Of a DNA stretch of 49,524 nt, positions 9,272 to 18,838 are shown piece after piece. The notes under the pieces were generated by a model that was not told the origin of the DNA, searched no databases, and worked only from the letters and a program-made list of their open reading frames with translations. The number at the start of each line of letters is the position of its first letter. Positions within the stretch are counted from its first letter, which is position 1. Source of the DNA: an archaeon (GTDB taxonomy: Archaea > Iainarchaeota > Iainarchaeia > Iainarchaeales > 0-14-0-20-34-12); NCBI GenBank assembly GCA_038046645.1, contig JBBSVU010000010.1, forward strand, positions 1-49,524, in the 5' to 3' direction. The translations under genes and the position numbers were made by a program.

Positions 9272-9727
9272 TTAAGTTAATCCAGTGCTCCCAAACCCAT
9301 TTTCGTTCCTTTTTGTTTTGCTTAATTTTTCTACTATTTTTATTTTAGGTTTCTCAATTTTGTTAAATACCAATTGCGCTATCTTTGTGCCTTTTTTAAT
9401 CTCATAAGGCTCTTTTCCCAGATTTATTAAAATTACCTTTATCTCCCCACGGTAATTAGGGTCAATTGTCCCAGGGGTATTAAGGACAGTGAGGCCATAT
9501 TTTAGTGCTAGGCCGCTTTTTGGCCTTACCTGGCCTTCAATATTTTTTGGCAATTCAATCCTGATGCCTGTGCTTATGCATTTTATCTCACAAGATTTTA
9601 ACACAGAATCCTCATCTGAAAATAAATCTAGGCCAGCGTCTTCCTTGTGCGCATATTCAGGAATCCTTGCGCTTTCAGTTATTTTGTTAATTAATACATT
9701 AGCCATTTTCTCCAACTTATTTCTCAT
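9272..9727 (-). CDS. dut: Trimeric dUTP diphosphatase
   Basis: AGLDL, RPKSGLA, GTIDPNYRGEI, AQLV, RNENGFGSTG (motifs I-V). Confidence 0.96.
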   Translation of the reverse strand: MRNKLEKMANVLINKITESARIPEYAHKEDAGLDLFSDEDSVLKSCEIKCISTGIRIELPKNIEGQVRPKSGLALKYGLTVLNTPGTIDPNYRGEIKVILINLGKEPYEIKKGTKIAQLVFNKIEKPKIKIVEKLSKTKRNENGFGSTGLT

Positions 9728-10178
9728 TCGAGCTGTAAATCCATTCCAAGCCCATTTTTTTATAATTGTGGATTTCTTCCTGCTTGAAGAATAATGCTAT
9801 TTCTTTGTCTGCTGCTTCCTTGCTTTCTGATGCGTGTATCAGGTTATTCTGTGTGCTTAATGAATAATCTCCCCTGATTGTTCCTGCCTGCGCTTTTATT
9901 CCGTCGGTAGCACCAACCAAATTTCTCATTACTGCAACAGCTTCTCGGCCTTCCACAACCAAAAGAATAGACGGGATAGCAGACATATATTTTATCAATT
10001 CATCAAAGAATGATTTTCCCTCATGGTGCGCATAGTGTTTCTTCAGTTTTTCGGGTTTCAAAAGTTCCATCTTTGCCCCTGCTATGATTAATCCTTTATG
10101 TTCAATCCTTGTGATGATGTCCCCAATCATTCCCCTGTTAATTGCATCAGGCTTTATGATTAAAAGAGTTTTTTCCAT
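9717..10178 (-). CDS. ndk: Nucleoside-diphosphate kinase
   Basis: IIKPDA, GTIRGDY, NLIHASES. Confidence 0.97.
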   Translation of the reverse strand: MEKTLLIIKPDAINRGMIGDIITRIEHKGLIIAGAKMELLKPEKLKKHYAHHEGKSFFDELIKYMSAIPSILLVVEGREAVAVMRNLVGATDGIKAQAGTIRGDYSLSTQNNLIHASESKEAADKEIALFFKQEEIHNYKKMGLEWIYSSNEK

Positions 10179-10256
10179 CTTAACTCCTCCATTTATTTTT
10201 ATATCAAAAGGACAAAAATAATTGCATAAAATTGTCTTTTGATATTAATTATATTT

Positions 10257-10427
10257 TTAATCTTCGCCATAATATTCTGTCCACTTGAATTTTCTTGGGT
10301 CTCTTCCTAACTTTACCAAGTTTTTTTCACATTTCTTTGAACAGAAAAGATATTTTTTACCTGTTTTCCTTACGAACAAAGTACCACTTCCTTTAGGCAC
10401 TTCATTTCCGCAAAATGAACATTTCAT
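10257..10427 (-). CDS. rpl24e: 50S ribosomal protein eL24 (not in ORF track)
   Basis: Manual translation MKCSFCGNEVPKGSGTLFVRKTGKKYLFCSKKCEKNLVKLGRDPRKFKWTEYYGED; GGAGGTGA SD; eS28-eL24-ndk order. Confidence 0.96.
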   Translation of the reverse strand: MKCSFCGNEVPKGSGTLFVRKTGKKYLFCSKKCEKNLVKLGRDPRKFKWTEYYGED

Positions 10428-10581
10428 GGTTTCACCTCCCCGGCTTTTTTCTTTTTTATTTCAAGCAAAGCTTGAAATGATCAGTAAAGTCTTTGACTTT
10501 ACCTGATCTTTGCAAAGAAAAGAAAAAAGTTAGGGGCATCAAAAAAGAAAATAATTGCAAAAAAATAAAACCAAATTAATT

Positions 10582-10788
10582 TTACCTAGCTTTGATTTCA
10601 GCTGCCTCTCTTTCTGTGCTCAAGAGAACGATTACATCGCCTTTTCTGACCAATCCTTTTACATTCCTTCTTTTTATCCTTCCCTTTTCCGGTCCGTCAA
10701 GAATTTTTGCCATTACCTGTGTAATCTCTCCCTGTACTCCAGTCCTCCTTATTATCTCTACAACCTCTGCAGGTGTTCCTTCATCCAT
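10582..10788 (-). CDS. rps28e: 30S ribosomal protein eS28
   Basis: [27 protein letters not shown]. Confidence 0.97.
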   Translation of the reverse strand: MDEGTPAEVVEIIRRTGVQGEITQVMAKILDGPEKGRIKRRNVKGLVRKGDVIVLLSTEREAAEIKAR

Positions 10789-10800
10789 TTTGTTTCACCT

Positions 10801-11157
10801 TTATTTCTTTAATTCCTCTAATTTCTTCACTAGGTCAAGCAGGTCTTTTTTTCCATCCTTGCCCTCATCCATTACTGCTACTGAAGCAGTTGATACATTC
10901 AGGCCAGCGCTTTTTCCTAGTTCTTCCTTTGATTCAACAAAAGAATAAGGAACCTTTTTTTCCTTGCATAACATAGGCAAATGCATTACTATTTCTTTTG
11001 GGTTGACATCGTTTGCCACTAAAACAAACTTTGCCTTTTCCCTTTCAATTGCCTTTGTTACTTCATTTATCCCTACTTTAACCTTTCCGGTTTTGCTTAT
11101 TTTCCTAAGCATTGCCAGTTGGGCTTCCATTAATTCCTTAGGCACTTCAAACTCCAT
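10801..11157 (-). CDS. rpl7ae: Ribosomal/K-turn-binding protein L7Ae (eL8)
   Basis: GINEVTKAIER, DVNPKEIVMHLP, ELGKSAGL; AGGAGGT SD before ATG 11157. Confidence 0.97.
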   Translation of the reverse strand: MEFEVPKELMEAQLAMLRKISKTGKVKVGINEVTKAIEREKAKFVLVANDVNPKEIVMHLPMLCKEKKVPYSFVESKEELGKSAGLNVSTASVAVMDEGKDGKKDLLDLVKKLEELKK

Positions 11158-11268
11158 CGAAAAACCTCCTTTTAAGTCATAGGTTTTAGAGGAAATAGAA
11201 TTTCCCCAAAAATAGACTTTTACTAACAAATAGCCTTAAGAAAGGTTTAAATAAGTGATTATTTAGTG

Positions 11269-12642
11269 CTATGCGACTGGGGAAAAGAGTGCAGCAAGCC
11301 CTTTCCTTAAAATAGTTAGTTTTCTTGGGTTGTCAACAATAATTCTAAAATAACGTTCAGCAATATCAGTACCATAAGCCTCTTTAAACCCAAATATATC
11401 CGTAGCAGGCTTGAAAGGTTCTACCTCATACATTTCAGTTATTATTTTTCCTAATACAGAAGCAGGAACTGAAACCAACCAGTTATCTCCTGGGATTATT
11501 CCATGCCTTTGCAATATTGCCCTTGCTTTTTCATTCTTTACCCTAAATTTTTCAGGCATTTTATTGAACGTAAACCAGCTTACTGATTTGCTTGGCGTTA
11601 TTCCATAAGGTACAAGAAGACCATGTGATTCCCTAATTGTTTTTTCTATCCTAATCCTTGTTCTTGAACCTTGCATATCCATATCTTTTTTCAGTGCTTT
11701 TTCATAGCCTAATGGGCTTACATGGAATTGGCCAAATAAAGACCCTTTTTTCAATTCTTCTGGAGGCAAGCTAGTTGAAACCCTTAACCATCGTAAAACA
11801 TCTTGATTTACACAAAGACCATAACCGACTCTGCTCAATGCAAGGCTTTTTGATTTAGAGTAGGAATTTACTGCAACAACCCTTAAGTCTTGGAATTCTT
11901 TCATAAGCCCGGTAACAGTTCTTTGCGTTTTTACTACTTGATGCCTAATATCAGGCATCATTACATCATAAATTATAATGCTTTTTGGAGATACCTGTCT
12001 TACTCTATCTAGAACATGTTTAATGCCTTCAAGGTCATAAGGTATGCCCTCTGGATTTGTTGGAGCAGCTAAATAAACTAATTTTGGCTTTTCTTGTGCT
12101 ATCCTTTCTACAAATCGCTTTGGGTCAAAGTTAAAACCAGTTGCTTCAGGCCTAGGCACTGTTGCAACCTTTAAATCTCGATCCTCAGCCTTTACCTGCA
12201 TCATATAATACCAAGGATAATCCCCTACAATAGTGTCAGCATAAGGCTTTTCTTCTGGTGCTGTATTGAATAACATTTCATTAGCCCTTCTTTTTGTGCT
12301 AAATGTCATTAAATCATTTAATATAGTTGTGCTGCCAGCTCCAACAAAGATTCCTTCTGGTGCTATGTTATACCTTAATCCCATTTCTCTTCTAAATAGA
12401 TTAATTATATTTGTAATGACTGCATAAGCACCAGCTTGAGCATTGCTTCTTGCATCCCTATGTATCTTTCTTATCTCTTCCCTTCTTCTGCTTTTTCTTA
12501 GGTGTTCTCTCCACAATCTTCTAAGGCTTAGGATTTTTTTCCAATCACCTGTTACCGCCTTAGGCACTTTTGCCTTTGCAGCAGTTATCGCAGCCCTTTT
12601 CCGTTTCCAATTGATAATCCTTTGTCCTAATCTTGTTGGCAT
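11269..12642 (-). CDS. Divergent PLP-dependent fold-type-I (class I/II aminotransferase-like) protein with Arg/Lys-rich N-terminal extension
   Basis: GAGST, PTNPEG, IIYD, SYSKSKSLALSRVGY (PLP lysine loop), YFRI. Confidence 0.75.
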   Translation of the reverse strand: MPTRLGQRIINWKRKRAAITAAKAKVPKAVTGDWKKILSLRRLWREHLRKSRRREEIRKIHRDARSNAQAGAYAVITNIINLFRREMGLRYNIAPEGIFVGAGSTTILNDLMTFSTKRRANEMLFNTAPEEKPYADTIVGDYPWYYMMQVKAEDRDLKVATVPRPEATGFNFDPKRFVERIAQEKPKLVYLAAPTNPEGIPYDLEGIKHVLDRVRQVSPKSIIIYDVMMPDIRHQVVKTQRTVTGLMKEFQDLRVVAVNSYSKSKSLALSRVGYGLCVNQDVLRWLRVSTSLPPEELKKGSLFGQFHVSPLGYEKALKKDMDMQGSRTRIRIEKTIRESHGLLVPYGITPSKSVSWFTFNKMPEKFRVKNEKARAILQRHGIIPGDNWLVSVPASVLGKIITEMYEVEPFKPATDIFGFKEAYGTDIAERYFRIIVDNPRKLTILRKGLAALFSPVA

Positions 12643-12687
12643 ATAAATCAATACTATATTTATTCTCAGTTTTTCTTAAAAATCTAT

Positions 12688-14364
12688 TTAATTATGTGTA
12701 AACCATACAACCGGCCTTTTTCCTTCTAAAGAATCTACCCTGACAAACCCAAACCTGTCAAAATAAATGTGGTCATTTACTTTTTTATTTAATATTTCCG
12801 AATCACACAATCCAATTATTTTTTTAGCATCAGGCATCATTAATTCAATATCACTGCCATCAAGCAACCAGGGTATGACTTCCTTAATTTTTATATCTCC
12901 AGCATATTCTGCCGTAACTTCATAATCGCTAATTGTTTTTATCCTCACATTATAAGCATTCCTCATTCTCACTATCTGCCCTGCTTTGTATTTTGAAATT
13001 ATTCCCTTATCAACGAAAAATTCTTGCACTCCTTGGTTTAATTCATAAATTCTGCCATCAATCTCTACATTTGTTTTTGGAACCAAATCAGCGCTTAATT
13101 TCAAAGGTTCTTTCATGAATGTCAATTTTTCAGCGTTTTCTGCAATCACATCTTTATTCAATGCAGCCAAAGTGCTCCATAAGATTTTTGCATCATTTGC
13201 ATTTGTCCCTAAATTAATGATTGCTTTTGTTAATGCTTCTGGTGTAAATCCTCTTCTTCTTAATGCCCTTATTGTTCCCAACCTTGGATCATCCCAGCCA
13301 ATATAAATGCCTTCTTCAATCCCTTTCTTGATTTTTGATGTTGATAAAACACTGCCTTCAATAGCTATCCTTCCAAAGTAAATTGTGTGTGGATATTCCC
13401 AATCAAAATATTTATACAAGAACCTTTGTTTTGTTTCATTCTGCTCATGCTCCTGCCCCCTAATTATTAAAGTAACCCCAAGCAAATGGTCATCAACTGC
13501 TGACGCTAAATTATATGATGGCCAGACCTGATATTTTGTTCCAGCCCTTGGATGCTTTGGATTATCAATCACACGGCAAAGCCACCAATCGCGGACAGAA
13601 GGATCTTTATGTTTTAAATCAGTTTTAATTCTGACAATTGCCTCTCCTTCTTTAAGTTCATGATTTTTCATCTTCATGAATCTTTGCAGATGTTCTTTAA
13701 CATCAAGGTCTCTGCATACGCAAGGCTCTTTTTTCTTTACCTTCTCGCGCCATTCTTCAACCTTGCAGGTGCAAACATAAGCATTTTCCGCTTGAAGCAA
13801 TTCTTCAATTTTATTATAATAAATTTCTATCCTGTCTGAAGCAAAATAGGTTTCATCAATTTTGCAATTTAACCATGTTAAATCCTCTTTGAAAATCTGT
13901 TCTGCATTTTCAATTGGTTTTTTTACTTTCGGGTCTGTATCATCAAACCTCAACAAAAAGCGCCCATTATGCCTGCGCGCATATTCATGGCTTGTTATTG
14001 CTGCCCTGGCATTTCCCAAATGAAAAGGACCATTTGGATTTGGTGCATACCTTGTTACTACTTGCATTCCTTCCCTTACCCAATCCAATTCAGCTAATCC
14101 TTCCCTTTGCTCCCTTGGCTTTAATTCAAAACCTTCAGCATTAAATTGCTCGAATTCCTTTTTGATTTCATCAATTCCAAAGGAATTCACTAATGAAACA
14201 GCATTTTTTATTTCAGGCATGGCGGTTTTCAAATCTATGTCTGGCAATACCGCTTTTACCTTTCCAACAACAGCGCCAATGTCTGCCTTTCCTTCATGTT
14301 CATATGCATTCTTTATTGCATATTTATAAGCTATTTCCTTTGTGTCCATTTTTATCATTCTCAC
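12688..14364 (-). CDS. gltX: Glutamate--tRNA ligase (archaeal type)
   Basis: RYAPNPNGPFHLGN, LRFDDTDP, IIRGQEH, LSTS, GWDDPRLGT; start probably 14349-14358. Confidence 0.97.
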   Translation of the reverse strand: MRMIKMDTKEIAYKYAIKNAYEHEGKADIGAVVGKVKAVLPDIDLKTAMPEIKNAVSLVNSFGIDEIKKEFEQFNAEGFELKPREQREGLAELDWVREGMQVVTRYAPNPNGPFHLGNARAAITSHEYARRHNGRFLLRFDDTDPKVKKPIENAEQIFKEDLTWLNCKIDETYFASDRIEIYYNKIEELLQAENAYVCTCKVEEWREKVKKKEPCVCRDLDVKEHLQRFMKMKNHELKEGEAIVRIKTDLKHKDPSVRDWWLCRVIDNPKHPRAGTKYQVWPSYNLASAVDDHLLGVTLIIRGQEHEQNETKQRFLYKYFDWEYPHTIYFGRIAIEGSVLSTSKIKKGIEEGIYIGWDDPRLGTIRALRRRGFTPEALTKAIINLGTNANDAKILWSTLAALNKDVIAENAEKLTFMKEPLKLSADLVPKTNVEIDGRIYELNQGVQEFFVDKGIISKYKAGQIVRMRNAYNVRIKTISDYEVTAEYAGDIKIKEVIPWLLDGSDIELMMPDAKKIIGLCDSEILNKKVNDHIYFDRFGFVRVDSLEGKRPVVWFTHN

Positions 14365-14480
14365 ATATCTAATGCTGTTGACATTTTTTAATGATTGGGG
14401 TGTATACTTTAAGGCATAAATTTTTCTGAATTTGGCTGATTTAAAAATATATTTTAAAAATAGGTTAAAAAAGATTTTAT

Positions 14481-15236
14481 TTACTGTGCAGTTTTTGCCC
14501 TGTCCCAGCAGGCTGCGAAGTGATTGTTTAAAACATCAACGATCGGCTTGTGATTCCAAATAGCGAAATTATATTCCTGCTTTTCCTTGTTCAAGTTGCT
14601 CAATGCAATGATTGCTTTTTTATTGTCAATTGTAAATGCTGTCAAGCCATGGTTTACATGCTTGAATTCTAGATTCTCGGATAAATATCTTTTAACATCC
14701 TTGTGCTGCCCGTGATGCAAAATCTTTACATTTACTTTTCTGTCTGTCGCGCCTTTTATTGATTTAATCAGGGGAGAATGCCCTGTATCCAAATCGATAA
14801 AGCCAGTAACATTTTCTTTTGCATTATCCAATTCCTGTGCAAGTATTTTCAGGAAATCATTTTTGCTTTTTACTTTTATAACTGTATCTTCCTGGTCTTC
14901 CGGGGTTGAAGCATATGAAAGTTCTTTTACTACATTGTCAACTTCTTTTTCAATATCACAAAATGTTTTTTTCTTTTCTTCAATTAAAGTGCCGAATACT
15001 TTTCCTGCTTCCATTATCCTGTATCTCTTTGGCCTGTTGTGCATTTCAATAATTAAGCCTCTTTGCACTAAACTATCAAGGATATCATATATCCTTGTTT
15101 TCGGCACTTGTGAGTATTGGCTAATCTGAGGAGCTTTAGCTTCCTTCAGTTTAAACAGGCTTAATAAAGTCCTTATTTCATAATCAGTAAGACCTAAATT
15201 AGCTAATACCTCTTTTACCCTTTCTTCCCTAACCAT
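14481..15236 (-). CDS. TrmB-family transcriptional regulator
   Basis: LGLTDYE..SQVPKTRIYDILDSLVQRGLI..RPKRY; PLD-like C-terminal domain. Confidence 0.92.
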   Translation of the reverse strand: MVREERVKEVLANLGLTDYEIRTLLSLFKLKEAKAPQISQYSQVPKTRIYDILDSLVQRGLIIEMHNRPKRYRIMEAGKVFGTLIEEKKKTFCDIEKEVDNVVKELSYASTPEDQEDTVIKVKSKNDFLKILAQELDNAKENVTGFIDLDTGHSPLIKSIKGATDRKVNVKILHHGQHKDVKRYLSENLEFKHVNHGLTAFTIDNKKAIIALSNLNKEKQEYNFAIWNHKPIVDVLNNHFAACWDRAKTAQ

Positions 15237-15308
15237 AAGAAAATCGCCTACTATATATATTAATACTACCTATCAAGTATTTAAAAGTACCGTTTTAGAG
15301 TTATAAGG

Positions 15309-16139
15309 TTAATTTTTACTATTTTTGCCATTTTTGAATGAAATAGCACAATATGCAACAACATTATCATAATCTCCAGTTAACGAGCCAGAAGTTGTAT
15401 ATCCTTCAATTTCTGCATTATTAAGGCCTTTTTGCATGCAATAATAAAGCAAGCAGGTGATTGGCAGATAGCCGCATATGCTTAAATTATGCTTATTTAC
15501 CTCAGAATGAAAACCTTCTGGGTCTATTTTAGTTATGTAGTGAATAGCTTCAAAATCAACCTTTCTAGCAAGTTTTTCACTTATAAAATGCGAAAAATCA
15601 GAGCTTGCTATTACCGCAATATCTTCGTTTTTTCCTATCTCTGCAAGTATTTTACCTAGTTTTTTTATTGATTCATGATTATCCTCAGAAATTATTATTG
15701 GCACAATCTTTGGTTTTTGTTTCTCTTCCTTAAACAAATGCTGCAAAAAAGGGATTTGAACCTCAATTGAATGCTCGCCAATATGCGCTAATTCATCAAA
15801 TTCTGCATCGCTTTTTTCAATTATTTTTTCAGCAATTTTTTTATCTACCTCAATCCTGCCAAGGGGTGTTTCCCAAAAATCATTCTTATCTATTGAAATA
15901 GCTGAGCCTAAACCAGTATGGTTTGGCCCGAGTATTATGTAAGTGGCGGCTTTCTTCAAGCAGGAAAATGCCTTTGCTGCTGTTTGCCCTGAATAAACAT
16001 AGCCTGCGTGCGGTGAAATAATTGCACCACAATCTCTTTTGATTTTGCAGTTCGAGAAAAATTCTTCCAATTGGGATTCCAATTGTTTTGAATTTTTGGG
16101 GTAAAATTGCCCTGCAAATGCGGCAGTTCGTATACTCAT
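15309..16139 (-). CDS. amrB: MEMO1 / AmmeMemoRadiSam protein B
   Basis: AGQFYP, PHAGYVYSG, GPNH, EHSIEVQIPF, SSDFSH, CG, VVAY. Confidence 0.93.
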   Translation of the reverse strand: MSIRTAAFAGQFYPKNSKQLESQLEEFFSNCKIKRDCGAIISPHAGYVYSGQTAAKAFSCLKKAATYIILGPNHTGLGSAISIDKNDFWETPLGRIEVDKKIAEKIIEKSDAEFDELAHIGEHSIEVQIPFLQHLFKEEKQKPKIVPIIISEDNHESIKKLGKILAEIGKNEDIAVIASSDFSHFISEKLARKVDFEAIHYITKIDPEGFHSEVNKHNLSICGYLPITCLLYYCMQKGLNNAEIEGYTTSGSLTGDYDNVVAYCAISFKNGKNSKN

Positions 16140-16250
16140 AAAAATAATATGTCCGAATAATTTAAAATATACTTTGAATTAAAATTCTTTGAAATCAAAA
16201 AGAAAAAAATAAGCCATTACGCTAAAAAATGAGAAAAAAGAAAGAGAATT

Positions 16251-16916
16251 TTATTTCTCTTCATATGTCCTTTTATTGTCATCATGGGCTTCGTGGGACA
16301 TTTCTTCCCTTGCGCCTTTCTCGAGCACAAATTCAAAATCTGATAATTTATATTTGAATTCAGCATCGCTTTTTATCAGGTTTTTATTTTTCATGAATTC
16401 CCTTGCCAAAAGCCAGTAAACCAATGCTAAACTCTGCCTTCCCTTGTTGTTTATTGGGATTATTAAGTCAATATTTGCAGTCTCATTATCCGTGCTGCAC
16501 ATAGCTATTATTGGGATCCTTGCATTTGTTGCTTCAATAATTGCCTGATTATCTGCACTTGGGTCTGTTATTAAAAGCACTGATGGTTCTAAGAATGATT
16601 TAAATGCAGGGTTGGTAAACGTCCCTGGGCTAAACCTTCCAACAACAGATTTTGCACCTATTGCTTCTGCAAACAGCTGTGCTGGTTTCTGCCCGTATTG
16701 CTTCTTTGAAACAATAACAATCTCTGAAGGCTCAAAGCCTGAAAGGAATTTTGCAGCAACAGTTATCTTTTCATCAATCATGCTGACATCAAATACCTTT
16801 AATTTATCCGGCCTTTTTTTGAATATGTATTTTCTCATCCCAGCTGTCTTGAATTTTGTCCCTATATGGGAACCAGTCCTCAAGTATTCCTTTGTTTCAA
16901 TCAGAGTATTGCTCAT
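16251..16916 (-). CDS. rps2: 30S ribosomal protein uS2
   Basis: GSHIGT, GRFSPGTFTNP, IPINNKG. Confidence 0.97.
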   Translation of the reverse strand: MSNTLIETKEYLRTGSHIGTKFKTAGMRKYIFKKRPDKLKVFDVSMIDEKITVAAKFLSGFEPSEIVIVSKKQYGQKPAQLFAEAIGAKSVVGRFSPGTFTNPAFKSFLEPSVLLITDPSADNQAIIEATNARIPIIAMCSTDNETANIDLIIPINNKGRQSLALVYWLLAREFMKNKNLIKSDAEFKYKLSDFEFVLEKGAREEMSHEAHDDNKRTYEEK

Positions 16917-16924
16917 TACTTCAC

Positions 16925-17122
16925 CTATTTTTTGTATTTCATTATATCATCAACAAGGTCAACATGGCTTAGCATCATTCGCCTGCAGCAGTATCTTTTT
17001 ATGCTGAGGTCATCAAGTACCTTTTTTGCATCCTTGTTTGTCTTTATTTCATTCATAAATTTTTCATAATGTTCTGCAATTGGTTTGCCGCAAGTAAAAC
17101 ATCTTATGGGAATAATCATCAC
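16925..17122 (-). CDS. rpoN: RNA polymerase subunit Rpo10 (RpoN)
   Basis: [16 protein letters not shown]. Confidence 0.97.
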   Translation of the reverse strand: MMIIPIRCFTCGKPIAEHYEKFMNEIKTNKDAKKVLDDLSIKRYCCRRMMLSHVDLVDDIMKYKK

Positions 17123-17123
17123 T

Positions 17124-17609
17124 TCACCTCTTACTCAGCTGCCTTTTTGCCCTAGCCCCTCTTCCCAATGGCTTCTTTGATTCTTTTCTTCTGGGGTCAT
17201 CGACAAGCAGCATTCGGTCATAATTCATAAACTTCTGTTTAAGCTGCTTGTCTGCAGAATACTGCAATAATGCTTTTGCAATTGCAGCCCTTGCACTTAC
17301 TGCCTGGCTCACAGGCCCTGAGCCTGAAACCGAAACTTCAATATCAACCTCTTTGCTCAATGGCTGTGCCAAATTAAGCGGTTCTGAAATAAGCATTTGT
17401 ATATATTCAGGGTCTATTATAGATAATGCCCTGTGATTTACACGTACCTTTCCAGTTCCTTTTCTTATTACAGCCCTGGCTACAGCTGTTTTCTTTTTTG
17501 CCTTTACGCATAATCCCCTAATTCTCTGTTTTTCGGAGGGTTTTCTCAGTATTATCTTTTTAATTCCTGATTTTGAACCCTCAATTTCAAATTCTTGTGG
17601 CTTATCCAT
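17124..17609 (-). CDS. rps9: 30S ribosomal protein uS9
   Basis: [36 protein letters not shown] follows a GGTGA SD. Confidence 0.95.
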   Translation of the reverse strand: MDKPQEFEIEGSKSGIKKIILRKPSEKQRIRGLCVKAKKKTAVARAVIRKGTGKVRVNHRALSIIDPEYIQMLISEPLNLAQPLSKEVDIEVSVSGSGPVSQAVSARAAIAKALLQYSADKQLKQKFMNYDRMLLVDDPRRKESKKPLGRGARAKRQLSKR

Positions 17610-17626
17610 AATTTCACCGATAAATA

Positions 17627-18046
17627 TTACCATTTGCCCCCAATCTGTTTGCTTATCTCAGCAATTGTTAAATATTTCCCTTTTGTGCATTTTGCGTCTT
17701 CAACTGTAATAATTTCCTTACCCTCAAATGCTTTAGGCAGTCCAACATATACCCTTAATTTTCTATATGCTTCCTTCCCTGTTAATTTTTTATATGGGAG
17801 CATTCCTCTTATAGCAAACCTAACCAGATTTACCGTAGCCTTATAAAATTTCGGGCCTTTAACAGGATTGCCTTTTGCTTGTAGGGTAATTCTTCGGTTA
17901 AACCTTTCCATGATTGCATTTCTCGTTCCCCTTACTATTACCTTTTCAGCATTCAAAATTGCAACCTGTTCTTTGTTAAGCAATTTTTCTGCAACAAATG
18001 AGGAAAGCCTGCCAAGAATCAATCCGTCTCCGTTAATTATTACCAT
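17627..18046 (-). CDS. rpl13: 50S ribosomal protein uL13
   Basis: ILGRLSS, NAEK, IRGMLP. Confidence 0.96.
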   Translation of the reverse strand: MVIINGDGLILGRLSSFVAEKLLNKEQVAILNAEKVIVRGTRNAIMERFNRRITLQAKGNPVKGPKFYKATVNLVRFAIRGMLPYKKLTGKEAYRKLRVYVGLPKAFEGKEIITVEDAKCTKGKYLTIAEISKQIGGKW

Positions 18047-18063
18047 TTTTGCACCTTTAAGTA

Positions 18064-18402
18064 TTATTTGACAATTATAAAATCCTTTCCCTTATATTTG
18101 GCATCACAAACATCTTCAAAGGATAATGCCTCTCCATTCTTCTTTATCTCTGCCAAGGCTTTTTCGCTGAAATTTAATGCAGCTATCTTGGCTTTTCCGT
18201 CTAATGCCCCTACACCAAGTACTTTTCCTGGAATAATAAATATCTTAGCTGGATTTTTTTTCAGTAATTTGTTTAACTTATTGAGATTTACTGAAACCCT
18301 TTTCCTTCTTGGCGTTTCCAAGCGTTCAGCGATATCTTTCCATATCACTTCCTTGGTTTTTGAGTATTTTTTTCTCAATCCTACAATAATTTTTTCATCC
18401 AT
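18064..18402 (-). CDS. rpl18e: 50S ribosomal protein eL18
   Basis: WKDIAERL..SVNL..PGKVLG..AALNFS. Confidence 0.94.
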   Translation of the reverse strand: MDEKIIVGLRKKYSKTKEVIWKDIAERLETPRRKRVSVNLNKLNKLLKKNPAKIFIIPGKVLGVGALDGKAKIAALNFSEKALAEIKKNGEALSFEDVCDAKYKGKDFIIVK

Positions 18403-18559
18403 ATTTTCTTCACTTTTTAATATTGCCTAACGGGGTTTTCCTAAAAAAGATTTTCAATCTTTTTTAGTTTTTTTAACCGTAATTTCTTACGATTTTTCAT
18501 TTCTTTATTGCGTGTATTTTTTCTCATCTTAGTTTCTCTTTTTCTTTGAAAGACCTATA

Positions 18560-18592
18560 TTTCTTTTTCTCTTTAGAAAAGAGAAAAAGAAA
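18560..18592. repeat. Perfect 15-bp inverted repeat (copy 1 of a repeated hairpin); possible terminator
   Basis: TTTCTTTTTCTCTTT-AGA-AAAGAGAAAAAGAAA directly 3' of the tRNA. Confidence 0.7.
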
Positions 18593-18594
18593 GA

Positions 18595-18748
18595 TGGTGC
18601 AGGAGACAGGATTCGAACCTGCGAAGGCACTAAGCCACAGGATTTCCTCCGTATGAAACGGCTTAAGTCTAGCAGAAACCTAAATATTAATTTAAGTATA
18701 ATTTTACTCAGGATTCACCTGCCCCGTTGGCCGCTTGGGTACTCCTGC
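18595..18748 (-). tRNA. trnL: tRNA-Leu(TAA) with two introns (30/31: 18669-18717; 37/38: 18644-18661); CCA encoded
   Basis: Acceptor GCAGGAG/CTCCTGC-A-CCA; T arm GCAGG-TTCGAAT-CCTGT; long variable arm; removing both introns restores CAGGA-CT-TAA-GA-TCCTG; usual archaeal tRNA-Leu position before eL18. Confidence 0.9.
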
Positions 18749-18838
18749 ATTATGTGGGTCAGACAATAATTTATCTCACACACTATTTTAAAACACACTG
18801 CTAACAGCACGATTCCCATTCCATTGAGAATCTTGCGG

